DNA of 64,000 nucleotides from Candidatus Oxydemutatoraceae bacterium (GTDB lineage Bacteria; Pseudomonadota; Gammaproteobacteria; Poriferisulfidales; Oxydemutatoraceae): contig OZ244717.1 in NCBI GenBank assembly GCA_965218975.1, positions 338,347 to 402,346 on the forward strand, given 5' to 3'. A model generated the notes under the pieces. That model was not told where the DNA came from, searched no databases, and saw only the letters and a program-made list of their open reading frames with translations. The position numbers were made by a program, and so were the translations under genes. Positions 30,585-41,006 of this stretch are shown here, piece by piece. How positions within the stretch are numbered: position 1 is the first letter of the stretch; every line of letters begins with the position of its first letter.

Positions 30585-30701
30585 TGGGGCTGTCATAATT
30601 TACACACTTGATGTCGCGCGGGTGTCCTCCGCGGGATTGATCCGACCGCGAGGCAAAGTCAGGCTCCTGCGGGAGCTTCAAAGCAGCCGAGACACAACGG
30701 A
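30585..30701 (-). other. Conserved GC-rich ~115-nt element immediately 3' of the Sel1 gene (copy 1)
   Basis: 'gcgcgggtgtcctccgcgggattgatccgaccgcgaggcaaagtcaggctcctgcgggagcttcaaagcagccgagacacaacgg' with several short palindromes (GCTCCCGCAGGAGC). It is duplicated at 31335-31456. Confidence 0.5.
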
Positions 30702-31295
30702 TCAGCAATTCTTAAAGTTCTTCTTAATACATTCGCGAGCAAGGTCTTGCGCTTTAGAGATATCGGCAGAGGTCATTTTTTTTGCCATCGTCTCTCTTAA
30801 TTTTCTTCCGTCCTCAGCCCCGTTTGCGGAAGCGATGTTCGCCCACATATGGGCATAAACATTATCCTTTATTAACCCCCGACCTAAAGCATACATCAAA
30901 CCCAGATTATTTTGCGCGGACGCATGTCTCTGTCCGGCGGCGAGCCTGTACCATTTCACTGCCTCGCGATAATCTTGAGGAACACCGTCTCCGTTGCGAT
31001 ACATCACACCCAGACTGTGCTGCGCGTCCGCATGTCCCTGTTCGGCGGCGAGCCTGTACCATTTCACTGCTTGCCGACCGTCTTGAGGAACACCGTGTCC
31101 GTTGTCATACATCACACCCAGATTGTACTGCGCGGACGCATGTCCCTGTTCGGCGAGAGGCATCCACTTTTGCAGGGCGGTCGCAAAGTCTCGTTTTAGA
31201 GCGACATCCAACCCTTTCTGAAAATCAGCAGAATAGGCAAACGACCCGAATAAGAGTGCGAACAGTAAAATAGAAATGATAGACAGAGTTCTCAT
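30702..31295 (-). CDS. Sel1-repeat (TPR-like) secreted protein, 197 aa
   Basis: An N-terminal signal peptide. Repeated 'AQYNLGVMYDNGHGVPQDGRQAVKWYRLAAEQGHADAQ' Sel1 units. Confidence 0.8.
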   Translation of the reverse strand: MRTLSIISILLFALLFGSFAYSADFQKGLDVALKRDFATALQKWMPLAEQGHASAQYNLGVMYDNGHGVPQDGRQAVKWYRLAAEQGHADAQHSLGVMYRNGDGVPQDYREAVKWYRLAAGQRHASAQNNLGLMYALGRGLIKDNVYAHMWANIASANGAEDGRKLRETMAKKMTSADISKAQDLARECIKKNFKNC

Positions 31296-31334
31296 CCTTG
31301 GATTGTAATCCGAATAATGTTAACGGCGAAAAGA

Positions 31335-31456
31335 TTGTATGGAGCCGCTGTAGTTTACACACTCGGTGTTGCGCGGGTGTCCTCTGCGGGATTGACCCGC
31401 CCGCGAGGCAAAGTCAGGCTCCTGCGGGAGCTTCAAAGCAGCCGAGACACAACGGG
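31335..31456 (-). other. Conserved GC-rich 3' element (copy 2) downstream of the second Sel1 gene
   Basis: ~90% identical to copy 1. Confidence 0.5.
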
Positions 31457-32374
31457 TCAACAATTCTCAAAGTTCTTTACGATGCATTCGCGAGCAAGGT
31501 CTTGCGCTTTGGAGATATCGGCAGGGATCATTTGTTCCGCCATTATCTCTTTTAATTTTTCGCCGCTTTCATCGCCGTTGATGGAGCCGATGCTTCCCCA
31601 CATATAAGCATAAATATTATCTTTTGATAACCCTTTACCCAGAGCGTACATCAGGCCAAGTTTGGTCTGTGCTCTCGCATCCCCCTGTTCGGCAGCGAGT
31701 TGGTACCACTTTACCGCTTGCCGATTATCTTGGGGAATGCCGTCTCCGTTATAGTACATTGATGCAATATTGTACTGTGCCTTTGCATGCCCCTGTTCGG
31801 CGGCAAGTTGGTACCACTTTGCTGCTTGCCGACTGTCTTGAGAAATGCCGTCGCCGTTGTGATACATCACTGCCAGATTGGTCTGTGCGGTAACTCGTCC
31901 CTGTTCGGCGGCTAACCTGTACCATTTCACTGCTTGTCGACTGTCTTGAGGAATGCCGTCGCCGTTGTCGTACATCAACGCCAGATTAGTCTGTGCTAGC
32001 CCTTCTCCTTGTTCAGCAGCTCGCTCGTACCACCTCATCGCCTCGCGATAATCTTGAGGAACACCGTCGCCGTTGTAGTACATCCATGCCAGATTGGTCT
32101 GCGCTTTTACGTCTCCTTGTTCGGCGGCGAGCCTGTACCATTTCACTGCTTGCCGATCGTCTTGAGGAACGCCGTCGCCGTTGTCGTACATCACGCCCAG
32201 ATTGCACTGAGCCCTTGCATCTCCCTGCTCGGCGAGAGGCATCCACTCTTGCAGGGCGGTCGCAAAGTCTCGTTTTAGAGCGGCATCCAACCCTTTCTGA
32301 AAATCAGCGGAGTAAGCGGACACACCAAACAGGAGCGTATGCAGTAAAACAGAAACGACAAACAGAGATTTCAT
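31457..32374 (-). CDS. Sel1-repeat secreted protein, 305 aa (tandem paralog)
   Basis: A signal peptide plus ~7 Sel1 repeats. The C-terminus 'ISKAQDLARECIVKNFENC' is nearly identical to the 197-aa paralog. Confidence 0.8.
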   Translation of the reverse strand: MKSLFVVSVLLHTLLFGVSAYSADFQKGLDAALKRDFATALQEWMPLAEQGDARAQCNLGVMYDNGDGVPQDDRQAVKWYRLAAEQGDVKAQTNLAWMYYNGDGVPQDYREAMRWYERAAEQGEGLAQTNLALMYDNGDGIPQDSRQAVKWYRLAAEQGRVTAQTNLAVMYHNGDGISQDSRQAAKWYQLAAEQGHAKAQYNIASMYYNGDGIPQDNRQAVKWYQLAAEQGDARAQTKLGLMYALGKGLSKDNIYAYMWGSIGSINGDESGEKLKEIMAEQMIPADISKAQDLARECIVKNFENC

Positions 32375-32725
32375 ACTCGCATTGTAATCAAATAATTTTT
32401 GAACTGTAAAGAAATTGTATAGGCCCGCTATATATCACGCTTAAGTGAATTTTTTTTATCAATGACACGATATGAATTTGAATTTATACACCTTTTTCTA
32501 ATAATACGGCCTTTTTCATATAAAAATGATTGACATCAGGAATAGCGGCTTCCGGAAAAATGAGTCGCTTTCATCGCCAACATGAGCCGTCTAAGAAAGC
32601 CGGAACTTGAACGACGTCAGAGCGGCGACGCCCTTACAAACACCGAAGAGTTTGTAGACTTGATATATAGCAATTCCATCAAACAGATCGTTAAATTTCG
32701 TTGATAAGCGACCTGGTTTCTATAA

Positions 32726-35700
32726 TCACCTTTCCCCGATACGCAATAAACAGGGTAACAGCACTAGCGTAAATAAAGTGCTCAGCAGCAATCCGCCCAC
32801 AATCACCGTCGCTAACCCGCGATAGAGTTCGGCGCCGGCGCCGAATGCCATCAGCAATGGGAGCATGCCGAATAAACTGGTCAATGTGCTCATTAGAATA
32901 GGGCGCAGACGCAAACGAATCGCCTGCCGTACCGCATCGCAACGATTGCAACCGCCGCGTTCCGCCTGACGTGTTTGATGCACTAGCAAAATGGCATTAT
33001 TCACAACCAAACCCAACAGGATGATAAGACCGATCATCGTCAACAAATCCATCGGCTGAAATGTGATGAAATTGACAATTCTTAACAAAATCACACCGCC
33101 GACAGTTGCCAGCGGTAAAACAATCACTACGAATAAGCTATCGCGGAAAGAACGGAATAACACCGCCATCAGCAAATACAGAATTAAGACCGCCAGTGCA
33201 AATGCTTGCGACATACCGGATAGGGCCACTTTTAATTTATCTGCGCTTCCGGTATATGTAATTTCCCCGTCCTCAGGCAATTGTTCGCGCAGAATCGGCT
33301 CGACTCTTTCGCGCAACAATTTCGCCGTTACTTCAAGCGGTAAAAACGGCGGCGAAATCACTTCCAATGTAACGGTGCGACGTCGGTCAAGGCGACGAAT
33401 GCGATTGGGGCCTGCGGTTCGGCTGATTGTAACCAGCTCGCCAAGCGGTACGGTCCCGGCATTTGGCGTCGCCAACGGAACTGCTGCCAATTCCTCAGGA
33501 GTTTTCCAACCGCTGATTCTACCGATAACATCAATCTTCTTGTCGCCGTCAAAGTAATCGGTAATAAACAAACCGTCGCCGATCATACGAGTGAGCAGTC
33601 CCATTGTCGTATAATCCCACCCCACCTCGACAATCCGCTCTTCGCGGGGAAGCAGCGAAATCTGAGATTCCGCCAGTTCGAGTCCCGGTTTCGGGTTGAC
33701 TCTTGCACCGGGGACCTCGCGCATGATTAGACCATAACCGGTATATGCGGCTTGCAATAAACTCTCAATATCGCGCGTTTGTAAGTTCACCTCAACGCTA
33801 CGAGTGTTCCCTTGACTGAATAAAGATGCGATTCGCGCAAATGAGAATGTGTCAGGGAAATCACGAAATACATTCCCGATAATTGATGATAGTTGTTTCA
33901 CTTGACTCGGTATTCGCGCGACCGCGCCCATGAATGCCCCATTGGCAAAGGCGACAAAAAAATAATGTCGTATCGCGGGTTGTTTGTCGCCGATAACATG
34001 CGGCTGTAATTGTTGCGTAACAACCTCCCCCATTTCTTTTTCCAGCGTTGCAAGATTCATCCCCGGTGGCGTCAGTAGAAATGCAAAAACCAAATTGCGA
34101 TTACCCGCGGGCAAATAATCAGCTTTAGGCAGCAATAACCCCGTCAGAACGACCGGCATTAGAAATAACCCGGCAATTAAAATATGTCTGTGTGTCTTCG
34201 CCGCGGTCAAGCGCATCAAGTGTTCCGTAATTCGGTCCCAAACTTTTGCGAATAAATCCGTATTGCACTCTTTATGCAACCACTCCTTGCTCATCGCCGG
34301 AACTAAAATCAGTGCAGCAACCATTGAAGCGGTGACCGCTGCCGACAGCCCGACGGCAAGATCGGCAAACAATTGCCCGGCCTCGTCCTCCAACAAAATA
34401 ATCGGCAGAAAAACCGCCACAGTGGTAATGGTTGATGCGATCAACGCAACCTTGATTTGATCGCTGCCTTCAACCGCCGCTTCGCGCAAGCCACGCCCCG
34501 CTTCACGCAAACGCAAAATATTTTCAATCGCAATAATTGACGCATCCAGCACCATGCCGACTGCTAACGCCAATGCCGCCAGCGAAATCACATTGAGCGT
34601 GCGTCCGGTAATTTGTAATACAATCAATGCGGCAAATAGCGAGATAGGAATGCTAACGGCAACGATCAAAACCGTACGCACACGGCGGGTGAACCACCAC
34701 AATATCGCACCGGCGAGCACAATGCCAAGCAACAAGTTCGTCAATAACACTTCAATCGACTTCTCGATATAAATCGTCTCGTCGTACACTTGCTCCATTT
34801 CGAGTCCGACACGTTTGAGCGGGCCTTCTGCCAATGCGTTTGCCACCTCCCGCAAACGCGCCATCACCTCGATGACATTCACACCGACTTCACGGTACGC
34901 ATTGACCGCTAACGACCCCTCGCCATTGTTGATTACAAATGATTGACGGTCTTCATAATCCGGACGAATATCGGCTATATCGCGTAAACGTACGGGTCTT
35001 CCGTCGCGCCATTCCAGAATCATTTCCGATAAACCGACGATATCAAACGCGCCTTCAAAGCGAATCGTATAACTCCGCCTGCCGATATCTTCCGTTCCGC
35101 CGGAAATATTTTCTTGTCCGGTAATCATCCGTGCCGCCCGCGGTAGGTCTATACCCAAACCGGCCGCTTTATAAGGGTCCACGGAGATTCGAATTTCCTG
35201 CTCCAAACCGCCGCGCACTTCAGATTGCGAAATTCCCCATACCCGTTCAAACCGAGATTGCACCACTTCTTCGACAAATCGTTTGTACTCCGCAATGTTT
35301 TTGTCGTTACCGTGTATCGGCTTGATAATAAACCAAGCGATCGGACGTGCCGCTTCGCCGACAGTGCTTAATATCGGTTCGTCGGCATCAACCGGATAGT
35401 CCGCCACTCGATTCAAGCGATTGAGCACTTCAATCAACGCACGTTCGATGCTGTAACCTAAATCAAATGTCAAAGTAACAGAACCTTGACCACGGCTTGC
35501 TTCCGAAAGCATCGATACGACTCCCGGCAGTCCTTTTAACGCATCTTCTTGCGGCTCAATAATTTCAGACTCGATTTCTTCAGGCGCCGCCGCGCGCCAA
35601 GTCGTTGTAATAGTAATCTCAGGCTTAATAATTTCCGGAGTGAGCTGAATCGGTAATTTAAGCAACATTACAATCCCAAAGGTCATCACTAACAAGAGGA

Positions 35701-35749
35701 TGACATATCCCATAATCGGATTGTCTATTACCGTACGCGTCAGCTTCAT
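32726..35749 (-). CDS. RND-family efflux transporter permease (AcrB/HAE1-like), 1007 aa
   Basis: 12-TM architecture with two large periplasmic loops. The size and the start overlap with the upstream MFP gene are typical. Confidence 0.85.
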   Translation of the reverse strand: MKLTRTVIDNPIMGYVILLLVMTFGIVMLLKLPIQLTPEIIKPEITITTTWRAAAPEEIESEIIEPQEDALKGLPGVVSMLSEASRGQGSVTLTFDLGYSIERALIEVLNRLNRVADYPVDADEPILSTVGEAARPIAWFIIKPIHGNDKNIAEYKRFVEEVVQSRFERVWGISQSEVRGGLEQEIRISVDPYKAAGLGIDLPRAARMITGQENISGGTEDIGRRSYTIRFEGAFDIVGLSEMILEWRDGRPVRLRDIADIRPDYEDRQSFVINNGEGSLAVNAYREVGVNVIEVMARLREVANALAEGPLKRVGLEMEQVYDETIYIEKSIEVLLTNLLLGIVLAGAILWWFTRRVRTVLIVAVSIPISLFAALIVLQITGRTLNVISLAALALAVGMVLDASIIAIENILRLREAGRGLREAAVEGSDQIKVALIASTITTVAVFLPIILLEDEAGQLFADLAVGLSAAVTASMVAALILVPAMSKEWLHKECNTDLFAKVWDRITEHLMRLTAAKTHRHILIAGLFLMPVVLTGLLLPKADYLPAGNRNLVFAFLLTPPGMNLATLEKEMGEVVTQQLQPHVIGDKQPAIRHYFFVAFANGAFMGAVARIPSQVKQLSSIIGNVFRDFPDTFSFARIASLFSQGNTRSVEVNLQTRDIESLLQAAYTGYGLIMREVPGARVNPKPGLELAESQISLLPREERIVEVGWDYTTMGLLTRMIGDGLFITDYFDGDKKIDVIGRISGWKTPEELAAVPLATPNAGTVPLGELVTISRTAGPNRIRRLDRRRTVTLEVISPPFLPLEVTAKLLRERVEPILREQLPEDGEITYTGSADKLKVALSGMSQAFALAVLILYLLMAVLFRSFRDSLFVVIVLPLATVGGVILLRIVNFITFQPMDLLTMIGLIILLGLVVNNAILLVHQTRQAERGGCNRCDAVRQAIRLRLRPILMSTLTSLFGMLPLLMAFGAGAELYRGLATVIVGGLLLSTLFTLVLLPCLLRIGER

Positions 35750-36882
35750 TGACGTGACTTCAAAGATGGCTGGGAATCGCCTTGCGGCGCATGAAGCGGC
35801 CGTACCGACATCCCTTCGCGTACCCGCTCGGCGCCGCGAATAATCACTTGGTCGCCGATTTTTAATGTGCTGTTGCGCACTTCAATCAAACCATCGCTGG
35901 TGGATACTCCGACTTGTACCGGCACACGTTGCGCCATCTGATCACGAGTCACTCTCATCACGCTCATCCCGGTGTTGCGAATAACCAATGCATCTTCCGG
36001 TACTACCAAACTATTGCGCGGCGATGAAATCGGTACTGCAACGCGCACCAACTGCCGAGCATAACCCGTCGGTATTATCCAATCCAAACGCAACTCAAAC
36101 AGCCGCGATACGCTGTCGGCAACCGGCACAACGGTGCGCAGATTTGCTTGTTGAGCTTGCCCGTTGACCTCGATTATCAACAGGTCGCCTACGGCAACTT
36201 GCGATAGGATGTAGGCAGGGACCGATGTTGTAATTTCCAAACTCTGCGGGTCTGTCAATGCGACAATTTCATCTCCCGCCGACACCCATTCGCCTTCTTC
36301 CGCGTGCCTTTCGTTAATCACTCCGTCAAACGGCGCAACAATGCTCATCCGGCGAAGTAATTCATCCGTCCGTGCCACTCTTGCTTGGTTTGCCGCATAC
36401 ATTGCTCTAGTCGCATCCAAATCGGCCTGCATCTGTTCAAGCCGGCTTAAAGCCGCATTGTTATTTTTCGCAAGTTCGTTAAGACGCCCAACTTCCCTAT
36501 TCAGAAATCCGATGCTTGCTTGCAGGCTAACACTTTCCGCTTTCTGCGCGATCAATTCTTGTTGCAACAATGCATCGTCAAGCCGCACGATGACTTCACC
36601 GCGCTTAAAGTAATCGCCAACTTCCGGTACCGCGATAATCCGCCCGGCATTTTCAGCAGCGATGTCAGCGTGATTGCGACTTATCACACTGCCGCTAAAC
36701 CATAATTGTTCGCGTAATTCCTGCTGTTGCACCGGAGCAAGAATTACCGGCATTGAGGGGACTGCCCCGCCGGGCGGTCCTCCCGGCAGTTGCGCGACAC
36801 TCGACGCTACCGTAAACAACAGCGCCACACAAATCATGCCTGCTGCCGACACACTCAACTTTACTTTTAATATTATTGACAA
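35746..36882 (-). CDS. RND efflux periplasmic adaptor (membrane fusion protein, HlyD/AcrA family)
   Basis: A signal/TM anchor, coiled-coil hairpin 'LQQELIAQKAESVSLQASIGFLNREVGRLNEL', and biotinyl/lipoyl-like and beta-barrel segments. It is translationally coupled to the permease. Confidence 0.8.
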   Translation of the reverse strand: MSIILKVKLSVSAAGMICVALLFTVASSVAQLPGGPPGGAVPSMPVILAPVQQQELREQLWFSGSVISRNHADIAAENAGRIIAVPEVGDYFKRGEVIVRLDDALLQQELIAQKAESVSLQASIGFLNREVGRLNELAKNNNAALSRLEQMQADLDATRAMYAANQARVARTDELLRRMSIVAPFDGVINERHAEEGEWVSAGDEIVALTDPQSLEITTSVPAYILSQVAVGDLLIIEVNGQAQQANLRTVVPVADSVSRLFELRLDWIIPTGYARQLVRVAVPISSPRNSLVVPEDALVIRNTGMSVMRVTRDQMAQRVPVQVGVSTSDGLIEVRNSTLKIGDQVIIRGAERVREGMSVRPLHAPQGDSQPSLKSRQ

Positions 36883-37001
36883 CTTACCCTTTGCGTTATT
36901 TGCTTATAGTTTAAACCAAGATCGGACTGTACTCGTTCCTTAGCGGAAGAATAAAATTTTCGACTTAGAATCGGGGCGCTGCCGCCGCAATCCGCGCACT
37001 T

Positions 37002-37751
37002 TTACCAGTAAGCTTCAACCGTGATGTGTCCTGGCGTGCGTCGCCGATTTCTCTCTAACCCCTTCTTGCGCAGAACAGTCATGGTGTCTTTTACCATATC
37101 CGGATTGCCGCAAAGCATCACCTGCGAATCTGCCGTATTGAACCGGCAGCCGGTTCCCGCTTCCAGCGAACCATTCCGAATCGCCGCGGGGATTCTTCCC
37201 GGCAAAGCGAAGTCGCTTTGTTCACGACTAACAAAATGTACCAATGTGAACTGATTCGGGTGTTGCGCGGCAAACTGCCGAAGAATGTCGCGGTAAGAGG
37301 CTTCTTTAATCATTCTTACCGCATGGATAAGAATCACTTTCTCAAACCTTTGCCATGGCGTTGCAGTTTTGAGTATGGATAAAAATGGCCCTATTCCCGT
37401 GCCGGTCGAAATTAACCAAAGATGCTTGCCGTGCGGAATTTCATCAAGAACTAAAAAACCGACGGGCGATTTCGCGACCAAGACCGAATCGCCGGATTGT
37501 AATTCGGCAAGCTTTGAAGACAAGCGGCCGGCGGAAACGACAATGGAATAAAACTCTTTGATCGGATCGCCCGGTGCATTGACATATGAATAGGGGCGAG
37601 CCACCTGCTCTCCGTCAATCATCAACGCCAATTTGCCGAACTGTCCCGCTTGGAACAGATCGGTTTCCACATCCACACGCAGCGAATACAACCGATTTGT
37701 CCAGTGTTTATTCTCGACAACTGTTCCTTCCGCATACTTTGCATTGACCAT
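37002..37751 (-). CDS. fpr: Ferredoxin-NADP(+) reductase (flavodoxin reductase)
   Basis: 249 aa collinear with E. coli Fpr: 'RPYSYVNAPGDP...EFYSIVV', 'LWLISTGTGIGPFLSIL', and the C-terminus 'RRTPGHITVEAYW' vs Eco 'RRRPGHMTAEHYW'. Confidence 0.9.
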   Translation of the reverse strand: MVNAKYAEGTVVENKHWTNRLYSLRVDVETDLFQAGQFGKLALMIDGEQVARPYSYVNAPGDPIKEFYSIVVSAGRLSSKLAELQSGDSVLVAKSPVGFLVLDEIPHGKHLWLISTGTGIGPFLSILKTATPWQRFEKVILIHAVRMIKEASYRDILRQFAAQHPNQFTLVHFVSREQSDFALPGRIPAAIRNGSLEAGTGCRFNTADSQVMLCGNPDMVKDTMTVLRKKGLERNRRRTPGHITVEAYW

Positions 37752-37949
37752 TTCTTTGTACCGATATTTTTTAAAAACGCATTGTAGTGCAGAATAAATT
37801 ACCTGTCTTTATTACTTAAGGATGAACATACGTTATAGATCAATCGGGTGGATACGGCGTTAGTTGCCGAGCATAATAATCATTGATTGACGTAGAGATT
37901 TTTTCTATAGTACCCGTTACGATTACAATTGTTTGCAAAGGAGAAACGA

Positions 37950-38027
37950 ATGGATATCTATCGCATCACCGCTATTATCGTTGGTCTGTTTATAATGGGC
38001 CTTGCGGTGTATATGGGCATGCACTAA
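37950..38027 (+). CDS. Possible 25-aa hydrophobic micro-protein (MDIYRITAIIVGLFIMGLAVYMGMH)
   Basis: ATG preceded by 'AAGGAGAAACGA'. A single predicted TM helix. It lies in the fpr/pilin divergent intergenic region. It may be spurious. Confidence 0.2.
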   Translation: MDIYRITAIIVGLFIMGLAVYMGMH

Positions 38028-38136
38028 ACGCCGCGCTTAATCAATCGCAACCCAATCGCGACCGCTGGTTACCTGCTTCGCAACCGTTTATCGGTTGAGC
38101 TGCCGTCTGTTCCGCCATCTCTGGTAAAACACCCGA

Positions 38137-38673
38137 ATGATGGCATGGCGGCACGCAACACTTGGCTTCACTCTGGTAGAACTATTAATTACATTGACTC
38201 TGATCGCAATTGCATTAAACGGTGCGGTATACGGCTACCGTGACTGGCAGAAACGCACTTTGATTAGCGAACACTTAAACTTGTGGGTCAAGACTTTGCG
38301 CTTTGCTCGCAATTATGCGTTAATTTCAGGTAACGCAACGGTTCTTTGTCCGAGCTCAAGCATTGTCGGATGTAATGGGAACGATTATGCAAAAGGCTGG
38401 TTGGTCTTTGCAGAAAATTCTCATGGCGACGCGGGACGCTACGACAGCGAAGATCGCATCATTGCTCGCTCGGATGCTTGGCATTCCTCGCTAACATTAC
38501 ATAGCAATTTTAAAACGCCGGTGCGGTTTAACTCTTCGGGCAGAACCAATGCCAACGGGCGGTTTGTCCTCTGCATTGATCATGACCCCGGATTAATGCG
38601 CGGAATCTTTTTGATTCGTTCCGGACGGCTGCGTTTGACACGAAGCGGCGAACTCAACGAGTGTTTATCGTGA
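38137..38673 (+). CDS. Type IV pilus minor pilin, FimT/FimU (GspH-domain)-like
   Basis: N-terminal prepilin motif 'LGFTLVELLITLTLIAI'. 178 aa. Confidence 0.7.
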   Translation: MMAWRHATLGFTLVELLITLTLIAIALNGAVYGYRDWQKRTLISEHLNLWVKTLRFARNYALISGNATVLCPSSSIVGCNGNDYAKGWLVFAENSHGDAGRYDSEDRIIARSDAWHSSLTLHSNFKTPVRFNSSGRTNANGRFVLCIDHDPGLMRGIFLIRSGRLRLTRSGELNECLS

Positions 38674-39176
38674 CGAACACGGCAAACCGCTTGCAGAAAT
38701 CAACATGCGGATTTGCTTTAGTGGAATTGCTGATCACTATTTTACTGCTAACGGTCGGTGTACTCGGCACTTTACATTTGCAACAATACGCCGCCATGAT
38801 AGAGCGTGATCTGCAATATCGCATTCGCGCAAGCGCCTTAATCGAAGACATCGTCCGCAAGATGGATGCGGCAGAACATCATGCCGATAATTTTTTAACC
38901 GGTTTCGGCGCACCGCCCGCAACTACTAATTGCTGGCAAACAAACTGCGGAGAAACTCAACGTCACCGCTTTCATCTCGCTCATTGGAAATGCCGCTTAG
39001 GGAGATGGCAAAATACAAGCGTTTGCCGCACCCGACTTCGCACTCGCGGATTACTGCCTTACGGTGACGGTGAAATTCAACGCGGCCATCAAACCTTGCG
39101 CATTGCCGTGCGCTGGCATGACAGTCGCCAACAGATACAAACACTGACCCACCATTATGTTCCGTTACATCCTTAG
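38661..39176 (+). CDS. pilV: Type IV pilus minor pilin PilV-like
   Basis: Prepilin motif 'CGFALVELLITILLLTVGVLG'. Confidence 0.6.
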   Translation: MFIVTNTANRLQKSTCGFALVELLITILLLTVGVLGTLHLQQYAAMIERDLQYRIRASALIEDIVRKMDAAEHHADNFLTGFGAPPATTNCWQTNCGETQRHRFHLAHWKCRLGRWQNTSVCRTRLRTRGLLPYGDGEIQRGHQTLRIAVRWHDSRQQIQTLTHHYVPLHP

Positions 39177-40179
39177 CGCCAACAATCCTAAATTCTTAAG
39201 CATTGCGGGCACAGCTCTTCTCGAATGGATACTTGCCTCATTACTCGGGATTTTTCTGATAGTCGCATTAGAACGATTGTTTCAGACGATCGCTACCGAT
39301 CATAGCTTTAGGGAGGCACAATCCGCCGCGATAATAACGTTGGCAGTAACCGAGCAAACCGTCAGTAAACGCTTGCACCTTAGTACCGCGCTTCCTTGCG
39401 GTAACACCCCGGGACAAATCAACCTTGTGAACGACGGAAGCGCTCTCTATTGGCTTGACCTGTTTGCAAGTGCAAAACAAATACATCCCTACGATAGCGA
39501 GGAAGCATCAGCGATTCGTCGCCTCGGCACTGCTGCGGGCGAACGCGCCGCCGGCAGCGATGTATTAGTGATTCTCGCCGCACAACAACCGATTCGGGTT
39601 GTCACACACAATGTTGAAGAGGGCATATTAGTTTTAGCCGAAGCTTCCTTATTGCGGCCCGGTGAATTTGCGATCGTCTGCGACCCGCAAGTAACCGCGT
39701 TATTCCAAATCACCCGGCAATTTGATCAAGGGCAGCGATTGGCATATCGTGGTGGCGGCGTGTCGCCGGGCAATTGTGCAAACGATTTTGATATAAATCG
39801 GCCGTGTGCCCCGAACACTGCTTACATATTTTCCGACCACGCCTTGCTCACGGTGTTTGAACCGGCTGTTCTGTTTGTCGGGCAATCGCATCATCCCGGT
39901 CGTCGTTCACTTTATCGCGAACGGCTCAGTCTGACTCAATCCGGCGATGGCAACATTCGTGCCGGCATGCGCCGCGAGGAAATTATTGAAGGTGTTGAAA
40001 TTCTGCGTGCCCGCTCGCTAAGCGATAACGTGGTTGATTTTGGAATTGTCGCCGCCGCTCCATTACCGGTTGCCGACCTAACGCCCGCTTCCGTTCATTT
40101 GCTTGGCAGGGATGTTACATCATGGCTATCCGACCACGGAAGCTTATATGACGTAACGGAGTTCAGCGTTGCACTATAA
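39157..40179 (+). CDS. pilW: Type IV pilus assembly protein PilW-like
   Basis: N-terminal 'GTALLEWILASLLGIFLIV' prepilin-like helix. 340 aa. Confidence 0.55.
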   Translation: MFRYILSANNPKFLSIAGTALLEWILASLLGIFLIVALERLFQTIATDHSFREAQSAAIITLAVTEQTVSKRLHLSTALPCGNTPGQINLVNDGSALYWLDLFASAKQIHPYDSEEASAIRRLGTAAGERAAGSDVLVILAAQQPIRVVTHNVEEGILVLAEASLLRPGEFAIVCDPQVTALFQITRQFDQGQRLAYRGGGVSPGNCANDFDINRPCAPNTAYIFSDHALLTVFEPAVLFVGQSHHPGRRSLYRERLSLTQSGDGNIRAGMRREEIIEGVEILRARSLSDNVVDFGIVAAAPLPVADLTPASVHLLGRDVTSWLSDHGSLYDVTEFSVAL

Positions 40180-40591
40180 ATATTTCATTGACCAATGTTT
40201 GGCGTATCCTCATTCGAAAACTCGTGGCAGTAGCCTGATTATTACTTTAGCATTACTGTTGATTTTGACACCTTTAGCGCTCGGCAGCATGTACCGATTG
40301 CAATATCAGTCTCAAACCTTATATGCGCTAGACAACAAACGCCGCCTGCAAACCGAAGTCAGGCAGCAACTCGTTCTAGCCGCCGCAATTGCGCAGACGC
40401 TGCCGGCAAATATCTCAGTAGCCAATTCAAATTGGCAAATCACCGCCTTAGCCAATACCGCCTCAACTCAAACCATCAGTTATTTTCAGCTCAGCGGGCA
40501 AGTTGAAAATGCTTCCGGTCGCGTTACCGCTCACGCCCTGTACCGACGCGGCATTGATCCGGCAATACGGATGTTTCAGTTTGCTCAATAG
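40169..40591 (+). CDS. pilX: Type IV pilus minor pilin PilX-like
   Basis: 'RGSSLIITLALLLILTPLALGS' N-terminus. 140 aa. Confidence 0.5.
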   Translation: MHYKYFIDQCLAYPHSKTRGSSLIITLALLLILTPLALGSMYRLQYQSQTLYALDNKRRLQTEVRQQLVLAAAIAQTLPANISVANSNWQITALANTASTQTISYFQLSGQVENASGRVTAHALYRRGIDPAIRMFQFAQ

Positions 40592-41006
40592 CTCGAATAA
40601 CGCGAAATACGGTTGCCGTATTGCAGCCTTCTCTTTGCTTGAACTGCTGTTTGCAATGGTCATCAGCGCCATTATTTTATCGTTGGCGATCAACACTTAT
40701 GATCGTTATCAAATAAAAATTCAATATTTAGACGGGCGCAATAAACTGCTTGAAATCATGCAGAAACAGCATCACCATTTTGCCGAACATTTAACTTTCA
40801 CCGACCAACTCGAATCTCTAGGGTTTTCCTCGATTGATCATGCCGTCTTATCCGATCACCAACATTTTCGCATCCGTGCCGCACCTTGCCAAACCGTGAT
40901 TGCTCAATGTGTCCGCTTAACCGCAACTGCAACCGATCCCACAAACGATGTTGACACTTTAACTTTGGACTCCATGGGGCGCCGAACTCCAGCAGATATC
41001 TGGTAG
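40581..41006 (+). CDS. Type IV pilin PilE-like minor pilin
   Basis: 'AAFSLLELLFAMVISAIILSLAI' prepilin helix. The start is uncertain: TTG at 40581 or upstream ATG at 40503. Confidence 0.5.
   Translation: MLNSSNNAKYGCRIAAFSLLELLFAMVISAIILSLAINTYDRYQIKIQYLDGRNKLLEIMQKQHHHFAEHLTFTDQLESLGFSSIDHAVLSDHQHFRIRAAPCQTVIAQCVRLTATATDPTNDVDTLTLDSMGRRTPADIW

Noticed and set aside
30580-31607. Plus-strand ORFs 30580-30858, 30782-31273, 31317-31607 antisense to the Sel1 genes
   Set aside because: They mirror the repetitive Sel1 coding sequence on the opposite strand. The Sel1 genes have signal peptides and a coherent repeat structure, and the antisense ORFs have none.
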